Assembly: GCA_047967505.1 (NCBI GenBank)
Contig: CM106538.1
Strand: one strand, 5' to 3'
DNA length: 64,000 nucleotides
Source: Dipteris shenzhenensis
Lineage: Eukaryota
Part shown: positions 25,771 through 37,866 of the stretch, one piece after another
Position numbering within the stretch: position 1 is the first letter of the stretch
Layout of the letters: each line of letters begins with the position of its first letter
Program-made: the position numbers and the translations under genes
Notes under the pieces: generated by a model
What the model was told of the DNA's origin: nothing
Seen by the model: the letters and a program-made list of their open reading frames with translations, nothing else
Databases searched by the model: none

Positions 25771-27536
25771 TGATATTGCATCTCTCTTTCACCCCTTGCC
25801 TTGTTCTCTTTCTATTCTCTTTCCAATTCTTCTCCTCGTCGCTCACTAATTAGCAATTCCCTTCTAAATCTGTCCCCTTCTTTGCATGTCAATGCACTCG
25901 GGCAATGCAAAAAAAAACGTTGGCTGTTGAGGCCATCCTAGGCATGCCAACCGGTGTCAGTGCTTGTGAAGAAGGCCGCTATTGATTGGGATGTACTAGG
26001 AGGTCATTTGGTCCTGACAGGCTTTTGGCTGTGACACGGACATGTCCTTACAGTAGATTCAATTCTGGTCATGTTTTTGGTAATAAGATGTCCAACTTTC
26101 AAATACTAAGGTGTCATCGTTACCATATAGTGTTGACACACAGAACTTATCCACGTAGTATCTAAAATAGGATGGTTGCAGTATATCAATTTGGCATTTC
26201 TGTTATTCGGTCTGTAGGCATGCCTGCACATGGTTATATCCCCTCTTCATGAAAAGTAATCCTTCTCTTCTCCTTCCTCTTAAAAAGGAAATGGTAGGGA
26301 TCATATACTTTTTCTCTGGTTTATGGAAAACGGTTGAAAGGCAATGCCTGTTTTTAATGATTGCTTGTTGTTCTAAGTGAAAAGGAGAATTTACAGCCCT
26401 TGACATCAATGGACATCTTTCAGTATTTGTAGAAGCTCAGAAGGAGTGACTTTGAAAGGCACATTTACACCACAATGGCTGTTGTCAACCATTCCAACTT
26501 GGCTTCCAGGTATGACTTTGTTTTCCCTGTCCTCGACTAGTTCTGATAATTATCCAGCTGTGTTCTTGATTGACAGTTGGTATTTATTATGTGAAAGTAT
26601 AGGTCTACATTTCTTTGTGTTTGATCTGAAGGCCTTGAAGAATGGGAAGTGCATTATGCTGAGTTTTCCTGCCCCTTCCGTTTGTTTGCTTCCTAAGGCA
26701 TAGAGTCTTACTGGCTGTGGTGGTCATTTGGGCTTTTGAGATTTGCACATATAATTGGTTTTTAGTATTTCAGCGATTGTACATGGGCCTTGTGTGTGCT
26801 TCAGTTTGTATTCCTCATTTTGATCAGCTTGATGATGGGACAAATAAGGTTGCAATCCTTTACAATGCAAAAGGCCCCTTAATAATACCGGTTATAGACT
26901 CTTAGTTCATGAGAACCTCTTCTATTGTATAAGATGTCCAAGTATTCATTGAGGAAGTTTTAGCATCTATTCAAGAAATGATTTAAAAGATTTGGTGGTT
27001 TATACCAAGTTGCTGGGAAATGAAAAGGAGGTCCTTTTCACATCTTTATATGTGGTCAGCTCAAGCCAGTAAGGATGCTGAGAGTAGTCTGTGCCATGTG
27101 TGAGGGGCACTTGTAAGGTTGAATCCATGCACTTTTTGTTGAAGGTTGGGTTTAATTGAGGTTTTCGTGGTCTACAATCATTCTTCAATGTTGTACCTGG
27201 ATGATCGATGCCAAGAAATGTGGCAATGCATTGATTTGTATGAGTTTAGAGCGACTGGACGGGAACGTCAAACTCAGAAAAGGGTTTATGGTGGTAGACA
27301 GGGAAACAAATTGTATGTTCTAATCTATGGTCAAATTGTAGTATTCTAGAACAATCTGTATATTAAATTGTAGAATTCTAGAATAATCTGTTTATTAAAT
27401 TCTGAATGAAGAAGACCTATGTATCATTGAACAAATCTCTGAGGACAGCCTAAAGTATCGCTTCTTGAAGATTGATAGTCTACCAATAGAATTGCAATCT
27501 GGATATGCTAATGTTCTAATTTTCGACTTGTTTCAG

Positions 27537-27656
27537 GGGGAGACAAGATCCATCGTTGATACAGCCATCTGCATCAGAAATAAACCTTTACCAGCTGGGT
27601 GTGGAAGAGCTGATGGGGAAATCATGCTGTGACACAGAGGGTGACAGGGTGCTTCT
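27537..27656 (+). CDS. GPAT9: GPAT9 homologue, probable N-terminal coding exon (start codon not identified)
   Basis: tttcag acceptor and gtatcc donor; GRQDPSLIQPSASEINLYQLGVEELMGKSCCDTEGDRVLL loosely resembles the plant GPAT9 N-terminus; phase 2 joins the next exon in frame. Confidence 0.65.
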
Positions 27657-28107
27657 GTATCCTCCTAATTCCCATGGATCGTTTTCATGATATATAGACC
27701 GGCTTTTTCTACCGTTATCTGCTTGACGTTGCTCATCAGAAGTGGTCAAAGTTGAGTATGTCTCCTAATTCACGTGGATCTTTTTCTTGATATGTAGACG
27801 TATCTATTAGTAGCCTTTATCTATCATCTACTTGACATTGCTCATCAGAAATGGCCCAGAGATTAGAAAAGTTAAGTATTTAACTCCAAGTGGCTACTTA
27901 TTTGTTGTTGTTATCAAGTCTATATTTATGTTCCATCCTCCTCTATCACTTTATTGATGCGAAATTTTTGGAGGGGTTACATATGGATTTTTTTGCCAAC
28001 AAAGGATCATGAGAAGGCAGATGGATGTTTAGTATTTTACTAACAGCAGATGTGGTGCAAGTAGATTACTGCAGTGTGTTTGTGGATAAATCCTTAATTG
28101 GCATCAG

Positions 28108-28165
28108 GCGTGGTCTGCTTGATATCTCATCAGTATTGAATGAGGCTGCAAGTGCCATAGTCGAT
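28108..28165 (+). CDS. GPAT9: GPAT9 exon (RGLLDISSVLNEAASAIVD)
   Basis: cag acceptor and gtgagt donor; matches the recalled plant GPAT9 segment RDLLDISPTLTEAAGAIVD. Confidence 0.92.
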
Positions 28166-28343
28166 GTGAGTGAAGGGATCTTTGGTGTTTGAGCAGGAAC
28201 CTTAATGAATTGATGTACTATAATCGATTTGAATGTGTCCATGTGATATCATGTCTTTGAGAAGCTTTCAAATGTGGCATATAGATTTTCTGCTATTCCG
28301 ACTGATATTTCATTTTGGCTGTTGAATATGAGTTGAAGCACAG

Positions 28344-28462
28344 GATACTTTCACAAGGTGTTTCAAGTCAAACCCACCAGAGCCATGGAATTGGAACCTG
28401 TATTTGTTTCCTCTCTGGTGCCTAGGGGTGCTTGTGCGATACTTGATTCTCTTTCCAATAAG
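28344..28462 (+). CDS. GPAT9: GPAT9 exon (DTFTRCFKSNPPEPWNWNLYLFPLWCLGVLVRYLILFPI)
   Basis: AG/GT boundaries; signature FTRCFKSNPPEPWNWN. Confidence 0.97.
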
Positions 28463-28809
28463 GTAACCTGCTTTTCTGATTATTTGAGGGACTTAAAGTC
28501 TATTTGTTCTGATCAAGTTTTCAAATTGAAATATTTTCTGTCTAGGATTGCATTTCTGCATATGCCAATTTTACAGCAGGGTTATCCAGCTAATTGAAGA
28601 AAGTAACAAATTAAGTGGTGCGACTCAAATTGTTGTTGCATGAGGAAGATGGATGCATTTTGCAGCATCTTTCGTAGGCAGAAAATAAACTGATTTGTAA
28701 ATTCCCCTTGTGAAGTTTTCGTCCTTGTTGCTGCTTGCTGATATTATTTCTATCCTAAGTGGTATAAGCTAGATTGTCTAAGCATTTTTTGCTAAGAAAT
28801 GCTTGTTCA

Positions 28810-29832
28810 CATATCATGAGGTGAATCAAGTCATCCGAGAGGATCTCCTACAGCTACACACATTCAGGACTTGGTTGGCACCTCGTGAGCTCCCTGTGTA
28901 GCTCAACTTCTATAGAGACGCTGCCTACGGATTTCAGAGGGCTTCATCGACCCACCAGGATACACACGGATCCACCTCCCTCATTCCATGAGGATTGCGA
29001 TGGGGTAGTTCTGGGTCGCATCATATCATCTCTGTATATAGAGTGGCTGAGTGGAGGGCATACCCAGGGATGGTTGTATCTGCACCTTTTGTGATTCCTG
29101 GGAGATCGAGTCACATGAGCATTTCGCTTTCAGATGCACAATGCACTACAAGATCAGAGGTGGGTACCACTACCTTTCTAGAGATGGCTTTGGGTGCCTA
29201 TCCAACTTCTTGTCCTTTCCAGAGCAGATATGCTTGGGATCCTTCATCCATGAGGGATTGGCTACTCAAGGCACATCGGGGAGATCATGACACACAACGA
29301 GATTCTACTCAGAGCATGATCACCGAGTTTTTCCAGCCAAACAATACTGACCAGCAGGACTCATGGAGGTGGCGGTGACAAGGACCTGAGCCAGAGTTAG
29401 AGACATGCTAGACTCGTCAGTGTACTACGGTAGAGATCATGCTAGGGGACCTTCCCTCCATGCTAGACCGGATGCACGACCCATGGGAGTGGCACACTTG
29501 TTCGCCGCAGGGCTACAATCAGGAGACTACAGAGAGTTGTACACGTTGACAGCCGCTAGCGCCCCATGATAGGATTTATGCCTCCACAGCAGCCTCACAC
29601 ACCGATGCTCCCCTCCTAGGGCCGACTTTCTCGTTAGCTTCCACTCATAGGGTTTTCTCTCTTTATGTACTGACGTTGGGCAAGATTATGAATTTTCTTT
29701 CGTATTCGTCTTGGGTGTTGATGCCCATTTATTGGCTTCACCCATCAGCTCATTGTATCAGCTTCTTTTTAGTCTCATAGACCCTTTTTGGTCGTTCGGA
29801 GACTTTAATAGACTTTCTTTCTTTCTTTCTTT
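28810..29832 (+). mobile_element. 5'-truncated RTEX-like LINE (C-terminal region plus 3' tail)
   Basis: CTFCDSWEIESHEHFAFRC; 3' stem-loop agtctcatagacc..ggtc..agactttaata followed by (TTTC)n. Confidence 0.85.
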
Positions 29833-29844
29833 CCCATCAGCATT

Positions 29845-31415
29845 TGGTGTCCTAACCTCTTCCATGAAGACGGTCTCTTTGGAAGTCCAGATGAGTTTGT
29901 TGGGTCCAACGAAGCCTTCATTGATGTGGGAGCACACCAACAAGTTACATGAACTTTAGCAAGAGATTCTCAAGGCAGGGAAGCAGATATCATCTGCGGA
30001 CATGGCCCTAACACTGCTGTCCCATCTGTCTTCTTAGTACGCTGCATTTCTCTTTGTCCTTGATAACCAACGGAAGGATGAATACGTTAACCTGGGAGGA
30101 ATTGGTCCTGATGGTGCTTGACCAGGAGGAGAGATTTGTAAATCGTACTTATGACATTCACTTAGAGGCTTTGTCAGCTGAGCAGAAGGGTAGGAATAAG
30201 TTTGACAGCTGAGGAAAGGGAAGCACTAAAGGCCTCACGTATATGTAACCGTTGTGGTAAAAAAGGTCATTATTGGTGGCAGTGTTCTCAAAGGATCAGT
30301 GACAGGACTAGTGAGTAAGGGAAGGTTCTGTGGCCATCACGTCATTGTCCTAGCCTTCTAGTAGCACGAGGCAAGATGCAGGCTTTTTGGTTCCGGATGG
30401 AGGATTGCTTGCTTGTATGTGGCAGCGGGACCTGCCAAACAGATGCAGTGGCAAAGGAGTCTTTGATCAAGGAAGGCTTTTAGGCAGGACCCTTATCAGT
30501 TTATGTTTTGTTTGGACGTCGTGACCTGGCAGATCCAGAGGGGGTTTCTTTGTGCTCTGCTGCAGCTATTGTCGGATGAGTTGCTGGAGATCCGGATGGG
30601 TCAGGTGATTGCCAGTGCGAGAATCCAGACACCGCAGATTGATCCTGAGCAGTTGGATGCCCATTGTTTCTGGGGCACAAAGGTTCATTGATCTGGGGGC
30701 AGCTGTACCAGTTTGGAGCTGAGAGGGGGCTTCAGAGCTGAGATACAAGTGTCCATGTAGAGAAGAAGACCTTGCACTGATGGCAATATCTGTTGGATTA
30801 TTGTACTGGCTTTGTTTGGGGCCCCTGCAGGCCTATTTTGCTGCTGCGTGGCAGCGCACTATGCTAGGCAGTCTGGAGGGCCTGTGTGGCTACCTTGTGG
30901 TGCTGCAGATCAAGCCCTTGGAGGCCATTTGTAGGCAAAGATGGGCGGACCTTCTGGTCAGCCACTGCTGGTTGGGGCGGGATGTCAGCCCCTATATGGC
31001 TTTCTAGAAGCCCTCTTATAGGGCAGGAGGGGGTCGGCCCCTAGGAGCAGTCCAGTTGGGTGTAGCCCCAGGGCTACAACCCTTTATAGGGCTGTGTGGC
31101 AGCCCCTATATGGAGCAGAGGGGGTCGGCTCACCTGGGGCAGGAATTGGCCCACCTAGGGCTGTGGGTCGGCCCACATGGACCAGCCGACTAGGGGGGGT
31201 GGCTGCCTATATATAGGCCCCTCCCCACGCTGTTGTTCATCCTAGTGGAGCACCTTTTGTGCACTGTACAACAGAGGTTTTGCCCAGTAGTTGTGGAGTT
31301 TTGTCCTGAGATCCCTTGCAGTTTCTCTTGGTCTCTTTCTCTCCTTTCTAGTTCTGCTTGTGCACTGCACTTCCCACAGAGAGTTGTCTCTATTCATGGA
31401 GGTGGCTCTTGGTAT
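29845..31415 (+). mobile_element. Degraded LTR retrotransposon remnant (gag zinc knuckle plus LTR-like sequence)
   Basis: CNRCGKKGHYWWQC encoded at about 30244-30285; TATA-containing LTR-like sequence at about 30500-31410. Confidence 0.55.
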
Positions 31416-31535
31416 GAGAAAGAAATATTAACGTCCTAAGGAGACCTCACGGGTCTATGGGACAAACACACACCAAAAGGTCAACACCAAAACATCAGTT
31501 ATAGACTGAGAGTCTCTTGTGAGTGTATATCGCAC

Positions 31536-34500
31536 AGTGCCGAGAGAGAGAGCTTGGTCGTTGCTGCTCAGCCTCCCCAAGCCCCCGTACAGGCCCGCGT
31601 CAGGTTCCGTACAAGCCAGCCCGCGCCCTGCCCGTACAATCGTACGGACGCCGTACTTCTGTATGGACGCCGTACAGTCAGCGCGTTTCCTCCCTGCGCA
31701 GCCCCGGCTCTGTTTGCTCGTTCCTCGATATTCACCCCCGCTGTATATCCGTACTTTTTGTCCTTTTCCGTACAGCCTCGATCGCCGTTTCGTATCACAA
31801 GCCCCGTTCATCTCTATTTTCCGTACAGCTCCTGCATCACCTTTCCGTACGACTCAGTCCCCTCGTAGCCTGTCTTCCGTACAACCGTACAGCATGTACT
31901 TTCCGTACAGTCCGTACAATCTCTGTTTCCACTCTTTGCCTTGTCCGTACAGTTCTGTTCTACCTCTGCATTTTCATCAATCCCGCCCTGTTTCCCTCCA
32001 TGGAGGACCAGTTCAAAAGCCACTCTCGCAAGGATTCGTCCCGGGATTCCAAAAGACAGCAACTTGATCTCTCTACTGCAGATTCTGTAGATGCTCACTA
32101 TGTTTTTGACATGCTTAAAGATGAATTTCATCACAGCCGAAAGGAGTGGGCCAAACCTCCCCCGGCCATCAAGTATAAGTTGAAGCTGCCTTCATTGGTT
32201 GCTCCTCTTCGAAAGTTCTCTCAGCAATCAGTCATCATTTTCTTCCCAGGAAAGTTACCTTCAGCAAATGATGTGGCCCAGTGGGTTCAGGCATTGTTGG
32301 GAGGCTGCTTTGTACTTTGCTTCCAGAGGTTTTTATGAAGTGCATTTTTTGGATGCCTCATATCGTAAGCAGATATTGGAGATGTCGCCTCTATTCTATG
32401 GCAGACAAATGGTGCATGTCATGCCATGGTCGCCTAACAAGGATTACCACAGCCTCATTTGACATCATTGCCCCGTATGGGTTGAGGTAGTGGATTTTCC
32501 GGACTATATGAGGGCTGAGTTACCAAGTTTGGCAGCTACTTTGGGGCAAGTTGTATGCCCACCCCGTCCTTTGGGTAATCGCAATCGCTTTTGTGTTCTT
32601 TGGGATACAGATCACCCAACCCCTCCTGTTATTGCGGTAGAAGTGGAGGATGTTCCCCTCGGTGAAAAATATTTTGATTTGAAATGGGGAGTCTTTGCAG
32701 GTGCTTGTTTCACATGCCATAAGTTTGGCCACTTAGCCTCACAGTGTCCTGTAGTCCTGCATCAGCTCCCACCTACAGCTATTGCTCCAGAAAATACTCC
32801 CCCCCCAACTTATGGCCCGGGGCCTAAGGCTATGCCTACCAAACTGGGTGATGTGCCATCTAAATCTGTCCCTTCCAAAGAAAATGTGGTTCAGGTTTCA
32901 GCCAAGCAAAAGGATAAGGGCAAGGGCAAAATTTCAGAATCTCATGCCTCCCCCCAGGGTGCCTGGCAGCAACCCAAAAAGGTATTCGCTCTCAAACCAC
33001 GTCCGTTACAATCTCGCCATTGGGATGCTTCAACTTCCACCCTTGGTCAGACCTCTACCCCTGCTGACGGCCTCACTTCCCAACTGTGGGTTGATGTGTT
33101 AAAAAAGGGCATCCCCGTATGCGACAATGATGAGGATCGTAGAGCTAATGATCCAGGAGGCCAGGTGGATGTTGATGTCATGGATGAGGCCTGACAGCTT
33201 ATACTTTACTCTGCTTTTGGCTTGACTGTACATATCTTCTATGTCTACTTCAATTACTTGCATCACATACAACGTTCAGGGTCTTTGCAATGTCAATAAG
33301 TGGAGACTTTTCTGGCATTATGTACATAGAATGCATCCCGATGTGATCTCTTTACAGGAACACAATCAACACTTCTTGGCTGGTCAGCAAGGCCACTATG
33401 CTGGTTATGATATTTTTTATGCTGGTACAATGCACTTTTCGGGGGTCTGCATGCTGGTAAAACATGATATGCAGCCCACGGTTGCTTACAATGACCCTCA
33501 GGGTCGATGGATGGTGATCAGGTGCACCTGGCAAGCTGATCTCTATGAAATAGCATCTGTTTATGCCTCACAAACTTCTGCGACTAGAGCTCAAATGTGG
33601 GTCTCCCTTAAACAATATCCATGGCTGTCCAATGCCTTTTTGTGTGGAGACTTTAACAACTCACCTGCCACTCAAGACAATACCACTCATCGTTCTCACA
33701 TGATCCCCACTGAGCTTCGACATTGGGAAGATATGCTCTCATCCCTGCATGCAGAAGATCTATGGCTCTCAACAAGGGACAGAGATATGGGTTATACATA
33801 TCATCACAATGCCTTTACTCACTACTGGGCTCGACTTGACAGATGGTATTTGCTGCATGCTCAGCAGTATGCTGATTTCACATGTACACTATGGGTTGAT
33901 CATTCCCTCTTGCTATCTGATCATTTTCCAGTATGCTTGACATTATCTATAGCACGTCTGACAGATGATATGCCTTTTTTTGGTCGTCGACTTCTCCATG
34001 TTAACAGTGCTTATTTGCTTCATCAGCAATTTCAGAACATGGTGAGAGTGGCTGTCCGTCCCCTCCTCTCACATGCTCAGGAGGATATGGATTTTGCTTG
34101 GGTCAGTCTTGCTCATCGCTTGCAGGCTGTTATTCAAGATTATGGACGGAGCTACATGGGTAACCTCAGGCTCAAGCTGAAATGGGCTCAATCTCACAAG
34201 CAGCAAATGGATGCAATCAGTTCTCATAGACAGCTTACCTCTTCTGAACAGGATTCTTGTGCTTATGCGGTTCATATCATTCACCAAAATGATCTTCGCA
34301 AATTAAAGAAGTGGCAAATCCGAGCTCGCATGAAACCCCTTTTGGATAAGGGCTGCTCCTCCAAGGCCTTTTTTAAAAGTCTCCATGTGGATAGGCGAAA
34401 GGAGGATATTTGCAGGATCAAGAAAGATGATGGCACCTGAACCACTTCCAAATCAGAATTGGAATTGCAATGTTCTAGTCATTCAGGGAAAAATTCCTGG

Positions 34501-35590
34501 TTGCCCTGTTTCTATTGCTTTTATTCATGGTTGGAAGAGAATTCTCTCATATGCTAAATGGACAGGTGCTTCCTCTCATCATGGTAATTCTTTTCGCTTG
34601 GAAAGCATCCATTGGAGCAAGGTGTTTGAATCGCCTCTCGCTTTACAGGCACCTATTAAAGCATACAATCTCATGAAATTGGGCATAAGATTTGTTGGCG
34701 ATGTTGTGGATCAACAAGGATGTATGCTTTCATTTCCACAAGCTTGCAGGACATTCTCCTTGGGTCTGCATCATAGGTCCATTTGGAAAATACTTTCAAC
34801 TATGTTGCAGCCATTTATTCTGGTTCCTCCACTGTTTGTACAGGGCAGATTATTGGACTGGAATTTGACTTCCTTACCTCCTGCTACCCATACGCTTTCA
34901 ATGCATAATCTGACCTCCTCAAAGGTTTACAGATTTCTTCTTCCACCGCCATGGATTGACAAGCATGCCAACACTCTTTGGAACTTGGATAGGCCTTTAT
35001 CTTGGTGGCAATCACGACTCATGAAAATCTGGAAAGCCAAATTGCCTTTAAAACAAAGGCTTTTCTTTCGGAGATGTATAGTGGGAGCTTTTTCCATTGG
35101 GGTGAAAGTGGCAGCACGCCGCATTGCTTCCCCTTCCTGCCCCCGTTGCTCTCATCACCGTGAGACAGTTCCTCACCTATTATGGTCTTGCCCACACTCT
35201 CGCATATTGATCACTCATGTTTCCCATTTGCTGCGGCTTCGGTTTCCCTCTATCAGATTTGGGAAACTCTTCTGGATGTTTGGATGCCTCTCATCTCAGA
35301 TGTCTCCATTCCTCCTCTTCTTTCACTGGACTCGCTTTTGGGTACTATGGACAATTTGGACACAGAGACTGCATTCCAGGATGGGTCAACAGTTTCCTCA
35401 GGCATATATTTTCTTCAGAATGTCCCTCAAGCAATCCTTATATGATAGTTTTGCTGCAAGGGACTTGGATGCTACTAGCCTTGAAGTGTTCTCTCACTGT
35501 TTTGAGTTCTTCCATTGGGCTCTCCTTTGGAGTCTAATGTCATGTACATTGATTTTATGTTAATATAGTAATCTGCTTTCATCAAAAAAA
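31536..35590 (+). mobile_element. L1-clade LINE lacking RT, with 15-bp TSD and A-tail
   Basis: TSD gagtgtatatcgcac at 31521-31535 and 35591-35605; A-tail 35584-35590; ORF1 about 32000..33194 with CFTCHKFGHLASQC; ORF2 APE 33241..34440 followed directly by the C-terminal CPRC..ETVPHLLWSC region. Confidence 0.92.
33241..34440 (+). CDS. L1 ORF2 APE endonuclease domain (truncated before RT)
   Basis: ITYNVQGL, LQEH, SVYA, CGDFNN, ARLDRWY, SDHFPV motifs in an open 399-aa frame. Confidence 0.85.
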   Translation: MSTSITCITYNVQGLCNVNKWRLFWHYVHRMHPDVISLQEHNQHFLAGQQGHYAGYDIFYAGTMHFSGVCMLVKHDMQPTVAYNDPQGRWMVIRCTWQADLYEIASVYASQTSATRAQMWVSLKQYPWLSNAFLCGDFNNSPATQDNTTHRSHMIPTELRHWEDMLSSLHAEDLWLSTRDRDMGYTYHHNAFTHYWARLDRWYLLHAQQYADFTCTLWVDHSLLLSDHFPVCLTLSIARLTDDMPFFGRRLLHVNSAYLLHQQFQNMVRVAVRPLLSHAQEDMDFAWVSLAHRLQAVIQDYGRSYMGNLRLKLKWAQSHKQQMDAISSHRQLTSSEQDSCAYAVHIIHQNDLRKLKKWQIRARMKPLLDKGCSSKAFFKSLHVDRRKEDICRIKKDDGT

Positions 35591-37714
35591 GAGTGTATAT
35601 CGCACTCACAAAGTTATTATAGGTTAACAACAGTCTACTAAGTCTACTATCAATGATAATCGGCCTGCATTACATTAGTTTAAGACTGAGAGTCTTTAGG
35701 CTTGGATTTGAAGTCTCTTATAAGTGCTTTTCCATCTCTATAAACAGCCCATTTTCCTTCCTTTCGAGCATCCTTCACTTTAGCCACTTCAGTGGCCTTC
35801 ATTTTGAGCTGAGTTGGGGTGAGCTCCTCCGCTATCCATATTTTAGTGCCTTTCAGCTTATTGGTTTGTTTAAGAATCTTGCTTCTTTTCATCTTGTTCT
35901 GGAAGCATAATTTGGCTTGTGTCCCCTCCTGTAAGACAACTATTACATCTTCAGCATCCCATTCTAGTTGTGGGGTTCTTTCCATGATATTTTCTAGTTG
36001 AGTTCCTTCAAACCAGCCCTCTGGTAGCCCCCCTATGCGTACGAGTCGTGTATTAGCCACCCTCTTTTCCTATTCTTGTACTTCTTCATACACATCTGAT
36101 GTGTTAACTTTTTTTTTTTCCCCAAGAAAAGTACTTCATTAAGTATGAATAAAAACCGCAGAGCAAGCTCAAGTGCGGGAGTACATCATGTCAAGCATGA
36201 GAAAAAACAGCTCACAATGAGCAAACAAAAATACCAGGTGGCGGCTGAAAATGCCACCTCATCCCTGAAGGAGAGTCAGAGAAGAAAGGAGAGCCCTTCC
36301 AGACTCTGAGAAAAGCAACCCTTCTAGCAGTAGCAGTCCTGGAGGTTCCTTGAATGTTCGCCCAAATGGCCATCAAAGTGTGTATAGTATCTGCCCAGAT
36401 ACTGGCCATAGTCTGAGAAGGGTGAACCTGGGAGTCCTCCAAAGCCTCTGTACATCTGGGTCTCCAAATATGCCATGCTGTAATACTAGCCAGAATCTCC
36501 CAAGATGTGTCTACAGAAGCATGGGGAGCTCTGAAGGGAGTAAACAGAACATCCCGGAGGGAGCATGACTTCACAAGGTGTCGTCGAACAAAGAAAGCTA
36601 TATCCGTGTCATGTCCCTCGAAGAAAGCCTGTGGACCAGTGAGTGATAACCAAGCAACTGATCCCTAGGTCATGAAGAAGGGTGCTCTATGAAAAATGCA
36701 AAGTATCCTAGCAACACCCTTTCAAACCATCCTCGCCTGAGTGCACTCCCAAAGGCAGCGCTGCACTGACTCAACCGCTGAGTGGCATCGAGGACATGTA
36801 GGGTCAGCCCCAAACCTAGATCTCCACAGGTTCACTGCAATCCCTCCATGAATAGTAAGCTAGATTAATAACGTGATTTTCTTATTCCTGAGGGATTTCC
36901 AAAGTCTCCTCCAAAAGTTTTTCTGCATCTCTGCAGAAATATGAAAAGTATCCCAATGAGGAGCTCTAGAGGGCCTCCAACCTCTACAACTGAGATGGAA
37001 TCTCTAGGCATTTCTGACCGTGTAACGAAAGAAGGGGATGCTCTTCTCTCGGTGCCCTGCATCTATCCACTCCCATTCCCTTGGATCCCACTGCAAGGAT
37101 CTAATAGGGGAACCTCCATACAACCAAAGCCTCCAAGATCCAAGAGCCAGGAGAACGGGGTCTGGATCAAGATACCACTGTGAGTCTCTACCCATCTCCA
37201 TGTATCCTGCAATCCTGATAGGCTGAAAAGGAGCCTCCAAGAGAATGTCCTTTGAAGATCTGTGGAGTCTGCCTCCTGCATGAACCTAAAAGACAAGGGT
37301 ATCCTCATGTGCATCCCGCAAGGCTATAACCTGCAGAGGGATACCTGTCCTCCTAAAAGCCCCCAACCAGGTGGACTCCGAAATAGGCAAGTGGTCTATA
37401 TCCATCCACTCCACTGGTATGGCTGCATCTATCTGCTGCATCCTGGCTGCACTTCCTCTGAGGTGACTAACTGAACAAACTCTCTGATCCTCTGGAAGCA
37501 TCTTGAAAGCTTTCCAAGCACCCACTGTGGATGCAGGGCCCAACTCCCATCTAGACCATTGCATGTAGTGTGACATGCCGAGTGGTATGCCATGCTCATC
37601 TAGTATGCAATCATTCCACATGACGGGCTGCCTGTCAATTTCTTCACGAGAGGAGGGTGGAACTCTCCGAAGAGTACTTCTGAAGCTGTCCCAAGCTTTC
37701 AGAATGGCAGCCAT

Positions 37715-37866
37715 GAGAAAGAAAGAAAGAAAGAAAGTTTATTAAAGTCTTCGGAAGACCGATGGGTCTATGAGATTGTGAAAATCCTGATACAACGAGC
37801 TGTGGTAGTGGAGCTACTAAACGAGCGTCCATACCAATGCAAAATGCAAAATGCAAAATGCAAAAC
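37715..37866 (-). mobile_element. Tail-only RTEX-family insertion inside L1 ORF2
   Basis: (GAAA)n plus the reverse complement of the RTEX 3' UTR; interrupts sequence that is contiguous in the sister L1 (atggcagtcatgagaggag, about 55061). Confidence 0.85.

Noticed and set aside
27400-27455. Upstream GPAT9 coding exon (ILNEEDLCIIEQISEDSLK)
   Set aside because: Phase-compatible, but preceded by an in-frame TAA with no ATG or clear acceptor.
28049-28107. Longer GPAT9 exon using the upstream taacag/cag acceptor
   Set aside because: The frame is open, but the added residues do not resemble GPAT9; the 58-bp exon with a U12-like branch point fits better. It remains possible as an alternative acceptor.
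31585-31950. CRISPR-like repeat/spacer array
   Set aside because: The repeat is only 6-7 nt with irregular spacing, in a eukaryotic TE context with no cas genes.
31519-32338. Overlapping 182-aa and 271-aa ORFs as novel genes
   Set aside because: They run through the stop-poor CCGTAC-rich L1 5' UTR; only the part from about 32000 (MEDQFK..) looks like ORF1.
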